Below are positions 1-14,900 of a stretch of 64,000 nt of DNA, piece after piece (within the stretch, counting starts at the first letter, position 1; every line of letters starts with the position of its first letter). The DNA comes from Tubiluchus corallicola (Eukaryota; Animalia; Priapulida): NCBI GenBank assembly GCA_030141605.1, contig JAQGDQ010001016.1:1-64000 (forward strand), in the 5' to 3' direction. The position numbers were made by a program, and so were the translations under genes. The notes beneath the pieces were generated by a model. The model had not been told where the DNA came from, did not search any database, and saw only the letters and a program-made list of their open reading frames with translations.

Positions 1-970
1 GCTTGATAAACGCAGAGGATGAAAGAAATATATCTTCTTGCTAGACTAGATCGTTTAAGAAATGTGCTTTCCAATCAATAGCTGTACTAAAAATTATACC
101 GTTCCTTTTCACTATCTTTTACGAAGACTTAGACTCCAGTTTTGAAGTTATTGCTTGCAGTAGTGCTTCAGTATTAACTTTCTTCCATATATAAACTGAG
201 AGTTTATAAAAAAAATTTATCTGTCATAATGAGGATATCAAGGAGTGAACATCTCGTTTTAAGATGGAAATGGTTGAATTGTGGACTGATTTTTAAGGCT
301 CAATTTGATCTTGAATTTGTTTGTAATAGCTGGACATGGATAATACCTAGTTCTGTGTCATAAATCTAGCTTTCATGTTGACTGTCAGATTTGTAATTAA
401 ATGTAAACGCTAATTATGATTAATTCACTCAGCTAATTGTTTAAGCAAGACATTTTTGATATTCCTTACCAAACCTGTCTTTAATTAACAAAAAAACATG
501 TATACAACAAACTTCTTAGAGTAATTTTGCTTTGAAAGGGGCTTCCATATATGTATTGCGTTTTAATCTTATCAATTGTAATTATAAGGACATGACAAGA
601 CTCAGTATTTAACTATACTGCAGGCTGATCTTTATCTACTTTTTCGTGAAGGTTGTTTAATTAATTTATATATCTCTTAATTGCTGATTTGTACAGTTTG
701 TCTGCCGGAACTAGCCTAGCTCATGAGCCCATGCACAGTAAATTTGTTCACTTCTTTTGCTGTCAGTATTGTACCAGAAATTGATACAGCCTATTCTGGC
801 TCAGTAACGGTTTCCATGCTGAATCGGGTCAGTACAATTGTGGTGTGCAAGCGGTTTTGGAGCGGTATAGGCTTGATTGCTGGTTTTAGCTTGCGTGTAC
901 TGGGCCAATATCGTACATGCCATAATGCCATGTAGCTGGCTCATAATATCAATATTTATTGGGAGATTAC

Positions 971-1556
971 CATAGAATATTATACTGAATGTTTCTGGTC
1001 GTCTGTCTGGATGCAGTGTGAACATTCGCATAAAATCTGTGCCGGTATCCTTTATCGTGATATCTGTGAGATCTGGGTTGTCGGAAAAATCTAGATGTTC
1101 TATATCCAACTTTCGTGCGGTAATAATATAAATGATCTGTATAGTCTTTAACTTTGAAAAAGCTCTAGGATGCATTTCAGTTAACTTCCAACTGTTTTGC
1201 AAGTACAGCCTGTTTACGGTGAAATTTTCTGGAAAATCATCTTCAGCAATTTTTTCAATGTTAGAGTCATCAATGATTAACCAATTTAGTTTTCTTCCAT
1301 CAAGTATTTCTGGATACCAACGGGATTCAGCATATTTCGTGACAGTCAGAGTCGTTATCAAACTAGGTGCACCTTGTATTATATCATTTATCACGGGTAG
1401 ACTAAGTTTAGGCTCTAATTCACTGCCACACCACTGATAGCTATCGATAAACGGAATAGTGTAAATTCTAACTTCATAGTAGCTACAATTCATTTCCCAA
1501 ATATAAAGCTCACACTTAAAACACAACAAGAGTACACCTAATAGACAAAGAAACAT
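971..1556 (-). CDS. LRR surface protein gene copy 3, first coding exon (signal peptide + LRR unit 1); gene continues beyond the left edge of the window
   Basis: ATG at 1556 (MFLCLLGVLLLC..., hydrophobic signal-like). LRR-like strings (LNWLIIDDSNIEKI, MHPRAFSKLKTIQIIYI, LDFSDNPDLTDITIKDTG). Phase-1 donor G|GTAATC at 970; 586 nt = 195 codons + 1. Near-identical to 11335-11920 (offset 10364, one S/R change). Confidence 0.8.
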
Positions 1557-2988
1557 GTTTTCAAACTTCAAAAAAGGTTTCAGTTCTGTAGCACCTAGCA
1601 ACCATAAGATCGTCAATTTAGAATTCAAATGAGAAATTTAATATTGTTTTGAAACAATGGTTTATCAGACAATAAAATACTGTATTCTAAAGTGCCATTC
1701 TATTCTGCATAATTTATTGCAAGTTTAGAACTTGTTTGCAATGAATGAGTGGGCCTAACCATAAAGCAAAACTGATCCAAACTTAAACTGTAAGTCAATT
1801 TACTCTTTAAAACATAGAAAGCAGACATAATTATTATTTTTTCAAAAATGACTTACGTGACAGATTAATTACCACACAAGCACAATTTCACGTTTGCACC
1901 ACTAGTTCTTTGCTACCTCATGCATTTCGCCATTCGTTAGTAGGTCTCAGTTCAGATGTGTTAGTTTCTGACGAACTGTGCACGTTGGTAAATGGTAATT
2001 GGTAAAAGTGAGCACAATGCTAAATTTGAAATTTGAAATTTTATCTTAAAACTTGTCCAGTTTCAGTGCAACGAACTGAACATCTTATAATAGCACTGTA
2101 CTTCAATTTTCGTTTTCGCATACACGTACAACAGCTCAAGGAATATTTTTGCTGTGGAAAATTATGTTTGCACATGATGTCATGAATAGTTGGGCTTGCC
2201 CGTGTTTAATTTTTTAATCTATTATATAATTATCAGGAACGCTTTTACAGTATTAATTTTGGTAAAATGTATTATTTTTATCAGACGAAAATCCTGTCCT
2301 TTTTATCCTGTCTTCCTATAGGAATTTATTGTAATAATGCCAATAGAAAAGGTGCTACTGCTACAAAATGCATTTGCATAATTATATAATAAAAATCTAG
2401 AAAAAAATCAATATTTAGAAAATCGATTTCCATAATTTATTCGTGATAGTATTTGTTATGCTTACATTGCGAATATCAATGTTAAACTTGCAAATTTCTA
2501 ACAATATCCTATTTAAGATTAACACAGAAAACAGTCAAATGGGGTGTTTTGTCTTTAAGAATGCATTGGTTACAGTATTAGAATTGACAGAGTGAACACT
2601 AGTATAAGCAGACATGAATGAACCACGTCATGTTAATGCACTAGTTCTACAGGCTCTTCATATTCTGTCCTCTTTGAGTTGCAGAATTCGTCACACGCTG
2701 TTGAATATAAGAGGGACTTCGCAGTTTATAACAGATCCCAAAAACCTTTTGGTAGGTTTCATAAAGAGCAGTTTCACACTGAAGGGCTTTCGCGCTAAAT
2801 TAAAAGCACGAGCAAGTGCTGTAATTACAGAATTAGATACTAGATGACTGTAGTAAATAATTTATATCTGTGGCTGAATTGCTGAAGAGATATACTACAA
2901 ATAATGTCTTAAAAATATTGAGCTGAATAGGTGAAGGTGCATTGTACAGTTCTGTTCATAGGCACCAGGCCAACCAACCTACAGGTAA

Positions 2989-3801
2989 TGTTATGACGTC
3001 CTCCTGCTATTGGTTGAGCAGTGGTTTCCTGTGGAAAGAACGAAAACGTGACATCGTCAGTTGTCTTTTGGTTGTCGTGGAATGCACTTCTCCTCTCTGC
3101 CTGCTGAGTGTCGTGCATTTCGCAAGGTTTGAAGCATGGTCATCGGATTTTGTTTTTTCTCTTTGTGATATTCTTCTCAGCCGTCCCTTTTGAATTCCAA
3201 GTTTTGGTTTTGTTGTTTGTTTCTTAAAATTTCTGGAGTATCCATTATGCAGCGCTTACCCGCATCACCGATGGCTATCTACAGGGTCGAACCCCGGAAC
3301 AATATTTATGTGTAAAACAAATTTAGAAGTTATTGATTCTATTAACAGTTCAACAATTTATTATTTCACTAAAACTCTTACTCGTCTTTTTTGTTATTGC
3401 ATTTATTATTATGATTGTCTTATTATTTATTGTCATGATTATGTGTTATGTTATTACGTATTTTAATTCTGCATTTTGTATGTGCATGATCTTATTTAAG
3501 AACCTCCTTGTGGTTCGTATAAGAATTAAGAGGAAGAGTCGCTGTCAGGCTCGTCTAATGATGGGATACGTTGTTGTAGCAACCACGTGTGTTTATAAAA
3601 CATCGCCTCACAAAGTACAGATGTAGCTAACCCATCGCTCTCCTGCGTTACCCCTGCTCCCACCGTACATAGTCAGGTATTCAAATAGTGATTAGATTGG
3701 TGGCCAGAGAATGTTGATTGAGTGGTATATAGCTTGAGAAATATTGAAGTAAGTAGGATTCCCACCTAAAACCACAAGACCGACAGCCAAGCATCGTAAC
3801 A
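2989..3801. mobile_element. Solo-LTR-like element (second copy ~13353-14177)
   Basis: GC-richer block bounded by the inverted termini TGTTATGA...TCGTAACA; no convincing TSD seen. Confidence 0.4.
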
Positions 3802-5122
3802 CTTGACAACGACCTGTAATGAAGGGAATTCACATGTAACTTTCCAAAAGGCTTTGGGATTTGTGCTTATTCAACGCAATGCATAATTGAAGATTTGTGA
3901 CATTCAAGGTGCATAATAAGCAGTGCATTAGATTCGTCATACAGCGGCACTGTAATGAGGCATTGCAATAAACATGATTTCTTGTTCATTAAAACAGAAT
4001 GTCATAATAACACAGAGAAGTGTGGCGTGAATCTCACTAATTTGGTTGTCAAAACGGTTCAAATTTATTTGGATCAAAAAATATTGCGCATGTAAAATTT
4101 TTTTTGCAAATTACAAAGCATATTTTCAACAAATTCTGCAGACAACTACAAAACTATAAAAAACAAAAAACTTTACACATATTTGGACAGTTAATGGCTG
4201 GATATTTTTTCGAGCCCCTGATAATAGTCAGAAACTGACGGTAGGCTTTGAGCAAGCGGTAGTTATTTTATAGAATATCACCCATGTTTAATGTCCTTCA
4301 AACTTAATTCAAATTTTTTATGGCAAAATTTCCTTTGTAACCATCAATGTGACATTGGAGACACCCAAAATATTCAACTTTGTCAGAGTTTCCTAAATTA
4401 GGCAATAGTAGTGAGTAGTCTATTGTATAAACTGTTTTAACACTTCACTTCCATTTTAGGGCTACGGTGGCAAAACAGCTCAAGATACAGTATCAACAAA
4501 ATGTGAGTGGCAACTGTAATTCGTCCAGCAAGTAAAGGTTAGAAGCAACAGGGAATCAAAGTTGTCCATGGTGCATGCCAGAAATGATTAAGGAAGTGTT
4601 GCAATTACTGCAACATCAAAAATAATAAAAGATCGAAGATGTTTTTCATCACAATTTTTAATAGGGCTCTAAAACACACGGCGTTGAATGCAGTTTGATA
4701 TAATAATATGTGCAGCACCGCATCTTTCTTGTGCAATTACAGTAAATTAAACCACACCAATGTATAGCTGTTTCAAATACAACTGGAGTTACTAGGAATT
4801 TTTAAATAATTACTGACTCTAATCTAAAATATAAGATTTACCTAGACGTAAACGAACTGCAACTGGATGAGACTTTTACTAATACAAGTGTAGGGCTTAG
4901 TTCTAGCACAATACTGAGTAATTCTCTCACATTATCAATTTTTTGGACACTATTTAACCATCTGTCAAAGTACAAGCAACGTTTGCTGAGAAGCTGCGCT
5001 GATTATCTATTTTCTTTCTTGTTTTGTTATGGTTTTTTAGTGATTTTTAATACTTTCTACAATATTTTTGTCTTTTATTAATTTAATGTCTGTCATTTAA
5101 GTGAAAGCAAGTTTTATTACTA

Positions 5123-8100
5123 TCATGGGCTAAACATAAGCCTCTCTGTTGTAAAACTTAACAAAATAGTTGTGAAACATATCTCAATCAGAGAACTGCT
5201 AGAGATAAAACTTTTCTGTGTTTCTTCACAAAATTCATCCACTGAAATCTCTCTATCTGTATGCCGTATAGGTGGCACTGCACAATCAATTGTTGAAAAC
5301 AGCCATGGCTTTCCTTTTGTCCATTGCATGCTGCAGTTACAAACAAGACTGCTCACTAAAATAAAATAATGCACCCTGAAAAAAGCTTGTTTGTACCTGT
5401 ATGGTAAGACTAGCTTCGTAATGCTTAATAGCTGGTATGCATGTTGGGTATTGGTGACAGAACTCAGAAAGCCAATTTGCATTGAAAGAGCAGAATAATT
5501 TTCCCGATAGCTGCTTAAAAGATTCCTTGGTTTCCAAGAAATTACGCACAAGAAAATTTTTATGTGACCAATTTATTTCATTTAAATCATAATGAAAACT
5601 TGCCCTATTAAGCTTGCTAACCATGTTAGTTATTTAATTTCGATTTTTAAATTTGCTAGCTGAATCATCAGAAAAATTAATGTTAAATTTCGTGTGTACC
5701 TGCTATTTAATATTTAAGCCTACACTTGCCACCATCCGCTTTCTTGAATTATCAGTCACTTTTCTCGGTACAGGACAGAAAAATTTATAAAATTTGGGAT
5801 CAATGTATGAACCGAAAGCTCCTTATTTTGCTACATTTCTCAACTAGAAGGTTTGATTTGCACATAGCAAAACTGAAACTTATTGATGGTAATAGGCAAA
5901 ACCTAAGCATGCTGAATGATTGCGACATCTAATGGCAAAGTTAGAAAATATAGCAGAAATATTAAGATTATAAAATCAGCATCTGAAATGGAGGTTTTTA
6001 CGTGGGACGTGTGGAAAAAAAGCTAGGATTTGTAACGTGTGCAAGCTGGTATAAATGCCAATTCCAAAGTGTTTCATAGACCAAATTTTCACATTCTGAT
6101 TAAACCAGTTTTCACACATAACATAGTGGACAAACCTCAAAAGTCTGTGAAAATTTTGAAAATCTCGTACATAATCTTGCTGAAAACTGTCCAAGTTTAT
6201 TAAATTGGTTCACTAGCAGTGGTTTTAAAGCGAATCCTAGTAAATTCCAGTCAAATGGTTTTGGTGTAAAGACAAATGATAAATTGAAGTGTTCAAACTA
6301 TCGAAATTGACTGTGCAGATTCAGTCGAAATTCTAGGTGTTAACATTGGTTTTAATTTCAATTTTAGCGAACATATTTTAAACCTTTGCCGGCGTACCTC
6401 TTGTTAAATTATTGTTTTAAAACGCCTCTTAACTTTACTAAATCTACATATATCTTCTGATTTGAACTATTGTCCATTAGTTTAGCATTTTTGCGGTGCA
6501 GCGAACACGCAAAAATTGAAAAATTACAAGAACGTGTTTTACGTTTTGTCTTCAATGATTACTTTACTGATCGTGACACAATGTTGAAAAAAGCTAAAAT
6601 TAAAAAGCTTATGGAAAATAGGCAAAGATTAATAGCATTAGAGGTGTTTAAAATTCGACATAAACACCGTCCAAAAAGCTTATGTAACATGGTTAATCTG
6701 AGAGAAAGCTCTTAGCAAATGCAATATGATACCATCACAAATATTACCAAAGTAAGCACAGAATTAGATGGAAAAAAGAAGTTTCCGATATTCAGCTTCT
6801 AAAATTTGGAATGAATAGCCCAATCATTTGTGCATAGTCACTAACTATAATGATTTCTTGAGGCAAATTAACGTATGGAGCAGGGACATATGTGGTACAG
6901 GAAAGCCAAAATAAGGAAAACTCACATGTTATCTCTAGAAGAATATAAGAGTATGATCTATCCTTGTGCAGAGTTGGCGTGTTCATTTGTGATATATTTG
7001 TTCCACTAATGATAATGGTAAAAATGGCTTTGTTGTTTGATAAATCCATCTCCATAGATACAAGCTGCTTACAGTTCCTGATGACAATCTGTTCCACATA
7101 ATTCATTTTGTAAAATGCTTTAGGGTGTATTGATTTCAACTCTTCATTATCGAATAGTTCAATTATTGATGTCACATTTCCATAAATGGCTTCTTCGTCC
7201 AATGTCTCAATATCTGCCATTCTTAATGTGAACTGCCGTACTGTCTTCCCATCGAGAAACTTTCTTGGCAGTTCTTTCTCTTTATAATCGACAATTTTTA
7301 GAAGATTTGTGCTCCGAGGCAACGAATGCCAGATATCTACCAACTTGTCCATGAAGAGAACACTACCATAGTCACCACATATTATGTTACATTTCCTAGT
7401 TTGTTGCCAATTTATCCACACATCGCATTCAGGTATTGGGAGATCACAGACTGGATTGTGCGTTGTTGATTCAGAAGGCACTTTTGTTGTAGTCAAGTCA
7501 CAGTCCTTTAATGATTCTTTCACTTCATCAATAGAAAATTTAACACAGTACAACTGCCAATCACACTGCTTGTAACACTCAACTTTACTTGATTTGTGCC
7601 AATGTTCACTTTCAGCCCACTTCAAATAACAATTGCAAAGAAGTCTATTTCCTGTAATACAATTAAGTTCCATAATAATAAGTTCTCCACAGAAATTTTA
7701 TGATTGATAGTTGGTATCTGGTAATATATTGCAGCAAATAAAAAAGACAGCATTTTCGTTTCTGTAAAACTATTACCATCATCATTGTGTCATCATCATC
7801 ATCATCAACAACAACATCATCATCAACTTAAATTTTAACTCGGGATCTAGTAGCTGTTGAAATAGCAGTGAGACATGGCACGGTAGTAAATTAAGAAATT
7901 CATTAAAAAATTTAGTATTGTCGCTACCTTTCAGCTTGAGTTGAATGTTCTTGGAGTCATAATACATGTGCAGTTTTGGTTTTTCCATGTGCATCATTCC
8001 AGTTTTTTCAATGTCAATTACACTAAGTTGGCGATTATTAGACAAATCCAAATTTATAGTTTCTAATTTGCGACAGTTTAGGATGATTATATTTTCAACA

Positions 8101-10111
8101 GTGTTTATCCAGTAAAATGCTTTTGGGTCGAGAACAGTTAATTCAGGAAGGCGTTTCAAAATGAGAGCAATCCTAATCGTTCCACCAATTGCTATTTTTC
8201 CAATTGTTTCTAGTTTTGAATCAGTAATTTCCAATGTGTCGACAGTTTTTCCTTCAAGGAAACTACTTGGAAGTTCCTTTTCTTGGAAATTAGCAATATA
8301 GAAATATCGAGTCCAGTGAGAGAGTCCTTCTACGATTTCCTCCAAGTCAGTTATGAAAAGTGGATCATAATAACCACAAGCAACAAAACAACCAGTTAAA
8401 TTATCAAGATATTCAACAACAATGCACTCATGAAGCACGATGCCACAGTCAACCGTTAAACATCCAATGAATTCTCCAATTTGTATTTCTCTTGTTGTAT
8501 GATTTACTGGTGGATCCTTACAATCGATAGCTGATTCTTTCCATTCTTTTGCTTTAGTCCACTCCATGCTACAATCACATTGTAATGGATTTCCTGTAAA
8601 TAAATCAATAGCTAATCAAATTTGTTAACAAGTTGACATTGAAATCCCTTCTTATGCTCTATGTTGTCAAATTTGAAATTTTCGTTGTACCGACTTCCGG
8701 AAATTTTAGTTATACCGACTTTTAGTTTGGTTGAGCTTATAGACCGATTTGATATTGTTTGCTGACTGACTGACTGACAGCACGTTTTTGTGATTGCTGT
8801 GGTTAATAATCAATTCTGTAACACCACGTATTCAGAATTTGGCATTACATTTCCGTTGAAAAATACCTAACAAATTGTCATAGAATATAGCTCAAAGAGT
8901 TCATTGGCACGTTTGCACCCAAAGGTCGGTGTCAGCATTTTCATTGAAAAATTTTCTTGGATTAATTGTGCCAAAAAATGTTTGTAAGATTCTATTATTG
9001 ATTATTGTTTTTTACCTGTTAGCGAGGCTAAACAAAGCTAAATATAAAATTATCATGACTTATATTTTACCTGTTAGTTTTATGATTAGCTGATCAGGAG
9101 TTCTGCCTGGATGAAATGATGGCATATCCATTCGCGTAATGCCAGTTTTGTCTATTACAAGCGTTTGCAAATAATGACAGTTCTGTAAGTCCAAATTTAT
9201 GTACGTAAGACGTGGAGCATCTGAAATTAATATGTATTTAACATAAGGCTGTAATTCAAACGCCCTTGGGTCAACGTAGATCAGATTGTCACAGCCTATG
9301 ATTCTGATATCTTTCTCAACTTGGCAACCAATTTCCGCAAAGCCAACACTCTCTATACTGCTGTACTTTAGTTCGAAGATCTTAATTACTTTGTATTCCA
9401 AAAATGCAATTGGTAGTCGCTTTTCTATGTAATTACTAATGTACAACGCATCTAAATAGGTGGGAACGGTTTTTTCTATCACATCCAAATTTCCGAAATC
9501 AAGTCTGAAGAACCAACCGCACTGAATCTGGCACGGATCTGTATTCAAAAAACGACACACTGGTAACTCTGGGCCGCACGGCTTTGGTTTTGGTGTGGTC
9601 GTAGGAGGGTTCGTCCATGTAGGGTGGATAATTGTTCTGATGGTTGACTCAGTAGTGGTTGTGGGGCATCCCAAGAATTCGTCAAAATCTGCAAGAGTCA
9701 TAGGTGGATTTACTCGTGGAGGGTCCAGGCATTCTATTCTAGAAAACTGCCAATTCACAGCTTTTGTCCACCGCATTGAACAGTTACAAATCATTGGATT
9801 TTCTAAAAAAAGATAAGCGAAATTTAATGAATTTATTCCTATTAACTTGTTTTGTGTTTATTCATAAAATTGTGTAATTTCTAATATAACTGATTGTTGC
9901 AAATTTGTTTGAACCTGTTTTCATGCTTTCGTTTCCTGCAAAGTTTTAATTTTGGAAACTTCACTCTACATTTGCTCACTCTCTCTCTCTCTCATTTCTT
10001 TCTCTTACTTTCTCTCTCTCCCTTACTCTCTCATCTGTCTCTCCCATGTCTCTCTTACACTCTCTGTCTTTCTCTTTCTCTCTGTCTCACCTCCCTCCCC
10101 TAACCTCCCCT

Positions 10112-10152
<41 letters not shown>

Positions 10153-11920
10153 CTTTCTTTCTGTTTCTTTCTACCTCTGATTCTCTCTTCTCTCACTAGT
10201 CATTATCGCTTGCTGTTGGCATGTTTTAGGAGAAACTACATGCTGCGATATAAAAAATAGTCATATCTAACTGAGTTCAATTTTTCATTGTTTACAGGTG
10301 CAATAGATGTCAAGAGTGTTGAGGCAAATATCACCAAAGTGATGAAAATGTACCTTAGAAATTGGCTTGATAAACGCAGAGGATGAAAGAAATATATCTT
10401 CTTGCTAGACTAGATCGTTTAAGAAATGTGCTTTCCAATCAATAGCTGTACTAAAAATTATACCGTTCCTTTTCACTATCTTTTACGAAGACTTAGACTC
10501 CAGTTTTGAAGTTATTGCTTGCAGTAGTGCTTCAGTATTAACTTTCTTCCATATATAAACTGAGAGTTTATAAAAAAAATTTATCTGTCATAATGAGGAT
10601 ATCAAGGAGTGAACATCTCGTTTTAAGATGGAAATGGTTGAATTGTGGACTGATTTTTAAGGCTCAATTTGATCTTGAATTTGTTTGTAATAGCTGGACA
10701 TGGATAATACCTAGTTCTGTGTCATAAATCTAGCTTTCATGTTGACTGTCAGATTTGTAATTAAATGTAAACGCTAATTATGATTAATTCACTCAGCTAA
10801 TTGTTTAAGCAAGACATTTTTGATATTCCTTACCAAACCTGTCTTTAATTAACAAAAAAACATGTATACAACAAACTTCTTAGAGTAATTTTGCTTTGAA
10901 AGGGGCTTCCATATATGTATTGCGTTTTAATCTTATCAATTGTAATTATAAGGACATGACAAGACTCAGTATTTAACTATACTGCAGGCTGATCTTTATC
11001 TACTTTTTCGTGAAGGTTGTTTAATTAATTTATATATCTCTTAATTGCTGATTTGTACAGTTTGTCTGCCGGAACTAGCCTAGCTCATGAGCCCATGCAC
11101 AGTAAATTTGTTCACTTCTTTTGCTGTCAGTATTGTACCAGAAATTGATACAGCCTATTCTGGCTCAGTAACGGTTTCCATGCTGAATCGGGTCAGTACA
11201 ATTGTGGTGTGCAAGCGGTTTTGGAGCGGTATAGGCTTGATTGCTGGTTTTAGCTTGCGTGTACTGGGCCAATATCGTACATGCCATAATGCCATGTAGC
11301 TGGCTCATAATATCAATATTTATTGGGAGATTACCATAGAATATTATACGGAATGTTTCTGGTCGTCTGTCTGGATGCAGTGTGAACATTCGCATAAAAT
11401 CTGTGCCGGTATCCTTTATCGTGATATCTGTGAGATCTGGGTTGTCGGAAAAATCTAGATGTTCTATATCCAACTTTCGTGCGGTAATAATATAAATGAT
11501 CTGTATAGTCTTTAACTTTGAAAAAGCTCTAGGATGCATTTCAGTTAACTTCCAACTGTTTTGCAAGTACAGCCTGTTTACGGTGAAATTTTCTGGAAAA
11601 TCATCTTCAGCAATTTTTTCAATGTTAGAGTCATCAATGATTAACCAATTTAGTTTTCTTCCATCAAGTATTTCTGGATACCAACGGGATTCAGCATATT
11701 TCGTGACAGTCAGAGTCGTTATCAAACTAGGTGCACCTTGTATTATATCATTTATCACGGGTAGACTAAGTTTAGGCTCTAATTCACTGCCACACCACTG
11801 ATAGCTATCGATAAACGGAATAGTGTAAATTCTAACTTCATAGTAGCTACAATTCATTTCCCAAATATAAAGCTCACACTTAAAACACAACAAGAGTACA
11901 CCTAATAGACAAAGAAACAT
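5123..11920 (-). CDS. LRR surface protein gene copy 2: 5 coding exons, ~980 aa, four LRR modules, putative GPI anchor
   Basis: Exons 11335-11920, 9071-9802, 7928-8593, 6926-7651, 5123-5355 (586+732+666+726+233 = 2943 nt, in frame). All introns GT-AG and phase 1. Junctions rebuild the LRRCT motif (ENPMICNCSMRW, GNPLQCDCSMEW, GNRLLCNCYLKW, LSSLVCNCSMQW). C-terminus is Ser-rich then hydrophobic (SFISSSSLIEICFTTILLSF...) before the stop. Confidence 0.85.
6240..6830 (+). mobile_element. Degenerate non-LTR retrotransposon (CR1/L2-like) 3' RT-region fragment; duplicated at ~16640-17260
   Basis: Broken frames reading LGVxI...F.EHI..LCRR, FELLSISLAF, EKLQERVLRFVFNDY, RLIALEVFKI, typical of the LINE ORF2 C-terminal region. 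Confidence 0.6.
9975..10195. repeat. Imperfect (CT)n microsatellite
   Basis: Direct inspection; lies in intron 1 of LRR copy 2. Confidence 0.9.
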
Positions 11921-14900
11921 GTTTTCAAACTTCAAAAAAGGTTTCAGTTCTGTAGCACCTAGCAACCATAAGATCGTCAATTTAGAATTCAAATGAGAAA
12001 TTTAATATTGTTTTGAAACAATGGTTTATCAGACAATAAAATACTGTATTCTAAAGTGCCATTCTATTCTGCATAATTTATTGCAAGTTTAGAACTTGTT
12101 TGCAATGAATGAGTGGGCCTAACCATAAAGCAAAACTGATCCAAACTTAAACTGTAAGTCAATTTACTCTTTAAAACATAGAAAGCAGACATAATTATTA
12201 TTTTTTCAAAAATGACTTACGTGACAGATTAATTACCACACAAGCACAATTTCACGTTTGCACCACTAGTTCTTTGCTACCTCATGCATTTCGCCATTCG
12301 TTAGTAGGTCTCAGTTCAGATGTGTTAGTTTCTGACGAACTGTGCACGTTGGTAAATGGTAATTGGTAAAAGTGAGCACAATGGTAAATTTGAAATTTGA
12401 AATTTTATCTTAAAACTTGTCCAGTTTCAGTGCAACGAACTGAACATCTTATAATAGCACTGTACTTCAATTTTCGTTTTCGCATACACGTACAACAGCT
12501 CAAGGAATATTTTTGCTGTGGAAAATTATGTTTGCACATGATGTCATGAATAGTTGGGCTTGCCCGTGTTTAATTTTTTAATCTATTATATAATTATCAG
12601 GAACGCTTTTACAGTATTAATTTTGGTAAAATGTATTATTTTTATCAGACGAAAATCCTGTCCTTTTTATCCTGTCTTCCTATAGGAATTTATTGTAATA
12701 ATGCCAATAGAAAAGGTGCTACTGCTACAAAATGCATTTGCATAATTATATAATAAAAATCTAGAAAAAAATCAATATTTAGAAAATCGATTTCCATAAT
12801 TTATTCGTGATAGTATTTGTTATGCTTACATTGCGAATATCAATGTTAAACTTGCAAATTTCTAACAATATCCTATTTAAGATTAACACAGAAAACAGTC
12901 AAATGGGGTGTTTTGTCTTTAAGAATGCATTGGTTACAGTATTAGAATTGACAGAGTGAACACTAGTATAAGCAGACATGAATGAACCACGTCATGTTAA
13001 TGCACTAGTTCTACAGGCTCTTCATATTCTGTCCTCTTTGAGTTGCAGAATTCGTCACACGCTGTTGAATATAAGAGGGACTTCGCAGTTTATAACAGAT
13101 CCCAAAAACCTTTTGGTAGGTTTCATAAAGAGCAGTTTCACACTGAAGGGCTTTCGCGCTAAATTAAAAGCACGAGCAAGTGCTGTAATTACAGAATTAG
13201 ATACTAGATGACTGTAGTAAATAATTTATATCTGTGGCTGAATTGCTGAAGAGATATACTACAAATAATGTCTTAAAAATATTGAGCTGAATAGGTGAAG
13301 GTGCATTGTACAGTTCTGTTCATAGGCACCAGGCCAACCAACCTACAGGTAATGTTATGACGTCCTCCTGCTATTGGTTGAGCAGTGGTTTCCTGTGGAA
13401 AGAACGAAAACGTGACATCGTCAGTTGTCTTTTGGTTGTCGTGGAATGCACTTTTCCTGTCTGCCTGCTGAGTGTCGTGCATTCCGCAAGGTTTGAAGCA
13501 TGGTCATCGGATTTTGTTTTTTCTCTTTGTGATATTCTTCTCAGCCGTCCCTTTTGAATTCCAAGTTTTGGTTTTGTTGTTTGTTTCTTAAAATTTCTGG
13601 AGTATCCATTATGCAGCGCTTACCCGCATCACCGATGGCGGGCCATAAGGCTATCTACAGGGTCGAACCCCGGAACAATATTTATGTGTAAAACAAATTT
13701 AGAAGTTATTGATTCTATTAACAGTTCAACAATTTATTATTTCACTAAAACTCTTACTCGTCTTTTTTGTTATTGCATTTATTATTATGATTGTCTTATT
13801 ATTTATTGTCATGATTATGTGTTATGTTATTACGTATTTTAATTCTGCATTTTGTATGTGCATGATCTTATTTAAGAACCTCCTTGTGGTTCGTATAAGA
13901 ATTAAGAGGAAGAGTCGCTGTCAGGCTCGTCTAATGATGGGATACGTTGTTGTAGCAACCACGTGTGTTTATAAAACATCGCCTCACAAAGTACAGATGT
14001 AGCTAACCCATCGCTCTGCTGCGTTACCCCTGCTCCCACCGTACATAGTCAGGTATTCAAATAGCGATTAGATTGGTGGCCAGAGAATGTAGATTGAGTG
14101 GTATATAGCTTGAGAAATATTGAAGTAAGTAGGATTCCCACCTAAAACCACAGGACCGACAGCCAAGCATCGTAACACTTGACAACGACCTGTAATGAAG
14201 GGAATTTACATGTAACTTTCCAAAAGGCTTTGGGATTTGTGCTTATTCAACGCAATGCATAATTGAAGATTTGTGACATTCAAGGTGCAAAATAAGCAGT
14301 GCATTAGAGTCGTCATACATCGGCACTGTAATGAGGCATTGCAATAAACATGATTTCTTGTTCATTAAAACAGAATGTCATAATAACACAGAGAAGTGTG
14401 GCGTGAATCTCACTAATTTGGTTGTCAAAACGGTTCAAATTTATTTGGATCAAAAAATATTGCGCATGTAAATTTTTTTTTTGCAAATTACAAAGCATAT
14501 TTTCAACGAATTCTGCAGACAACTACAAAACTATAAAAAACAAAAAACTTTACACATATTTGGACAGTCAATGGCAGGATATTTTTTCGAGCCCATAATA
14601 ATAGTCAGAAACTGACGGTAGACTTTGAGCTAACGTTAGTTGTTAAACATGTCTCCCATGTTTAATGTCCTTCAAACTTAATTAAAATTTTTATGGCAAA
14701 ATTTCCTTTGTAACCATGAATGTAAACTGAATCAATGTTCCCATCAATGTGATATTGGAGACACCTAAAATATTCAACTTTGTCCGTTTCAGAGTTTCCT
14801 AATGTAAGGCAATAGTAGTGAGTAGTCTCCTGCATGAACTGTTTTAAAACTTTACTTCAATTTTAGGGCTACGGTGACAAAACAGCTCAAGATACAGTAT

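Noticed and set aside
3333-3626. Hydrophobic 97-aa ORF as a membrane protein (also 13709-14002, 62030-62269)
   Set aside because: T-rich low-complexity sequence; the first two lie inside an LTR-like element and start at a non-ATG codon.
9894-10260. Leu/Ser-rich ORFs (also 53990-54175, 40168-40356)
   Set aside because: Translations of CT, GA and CA microsatellites.
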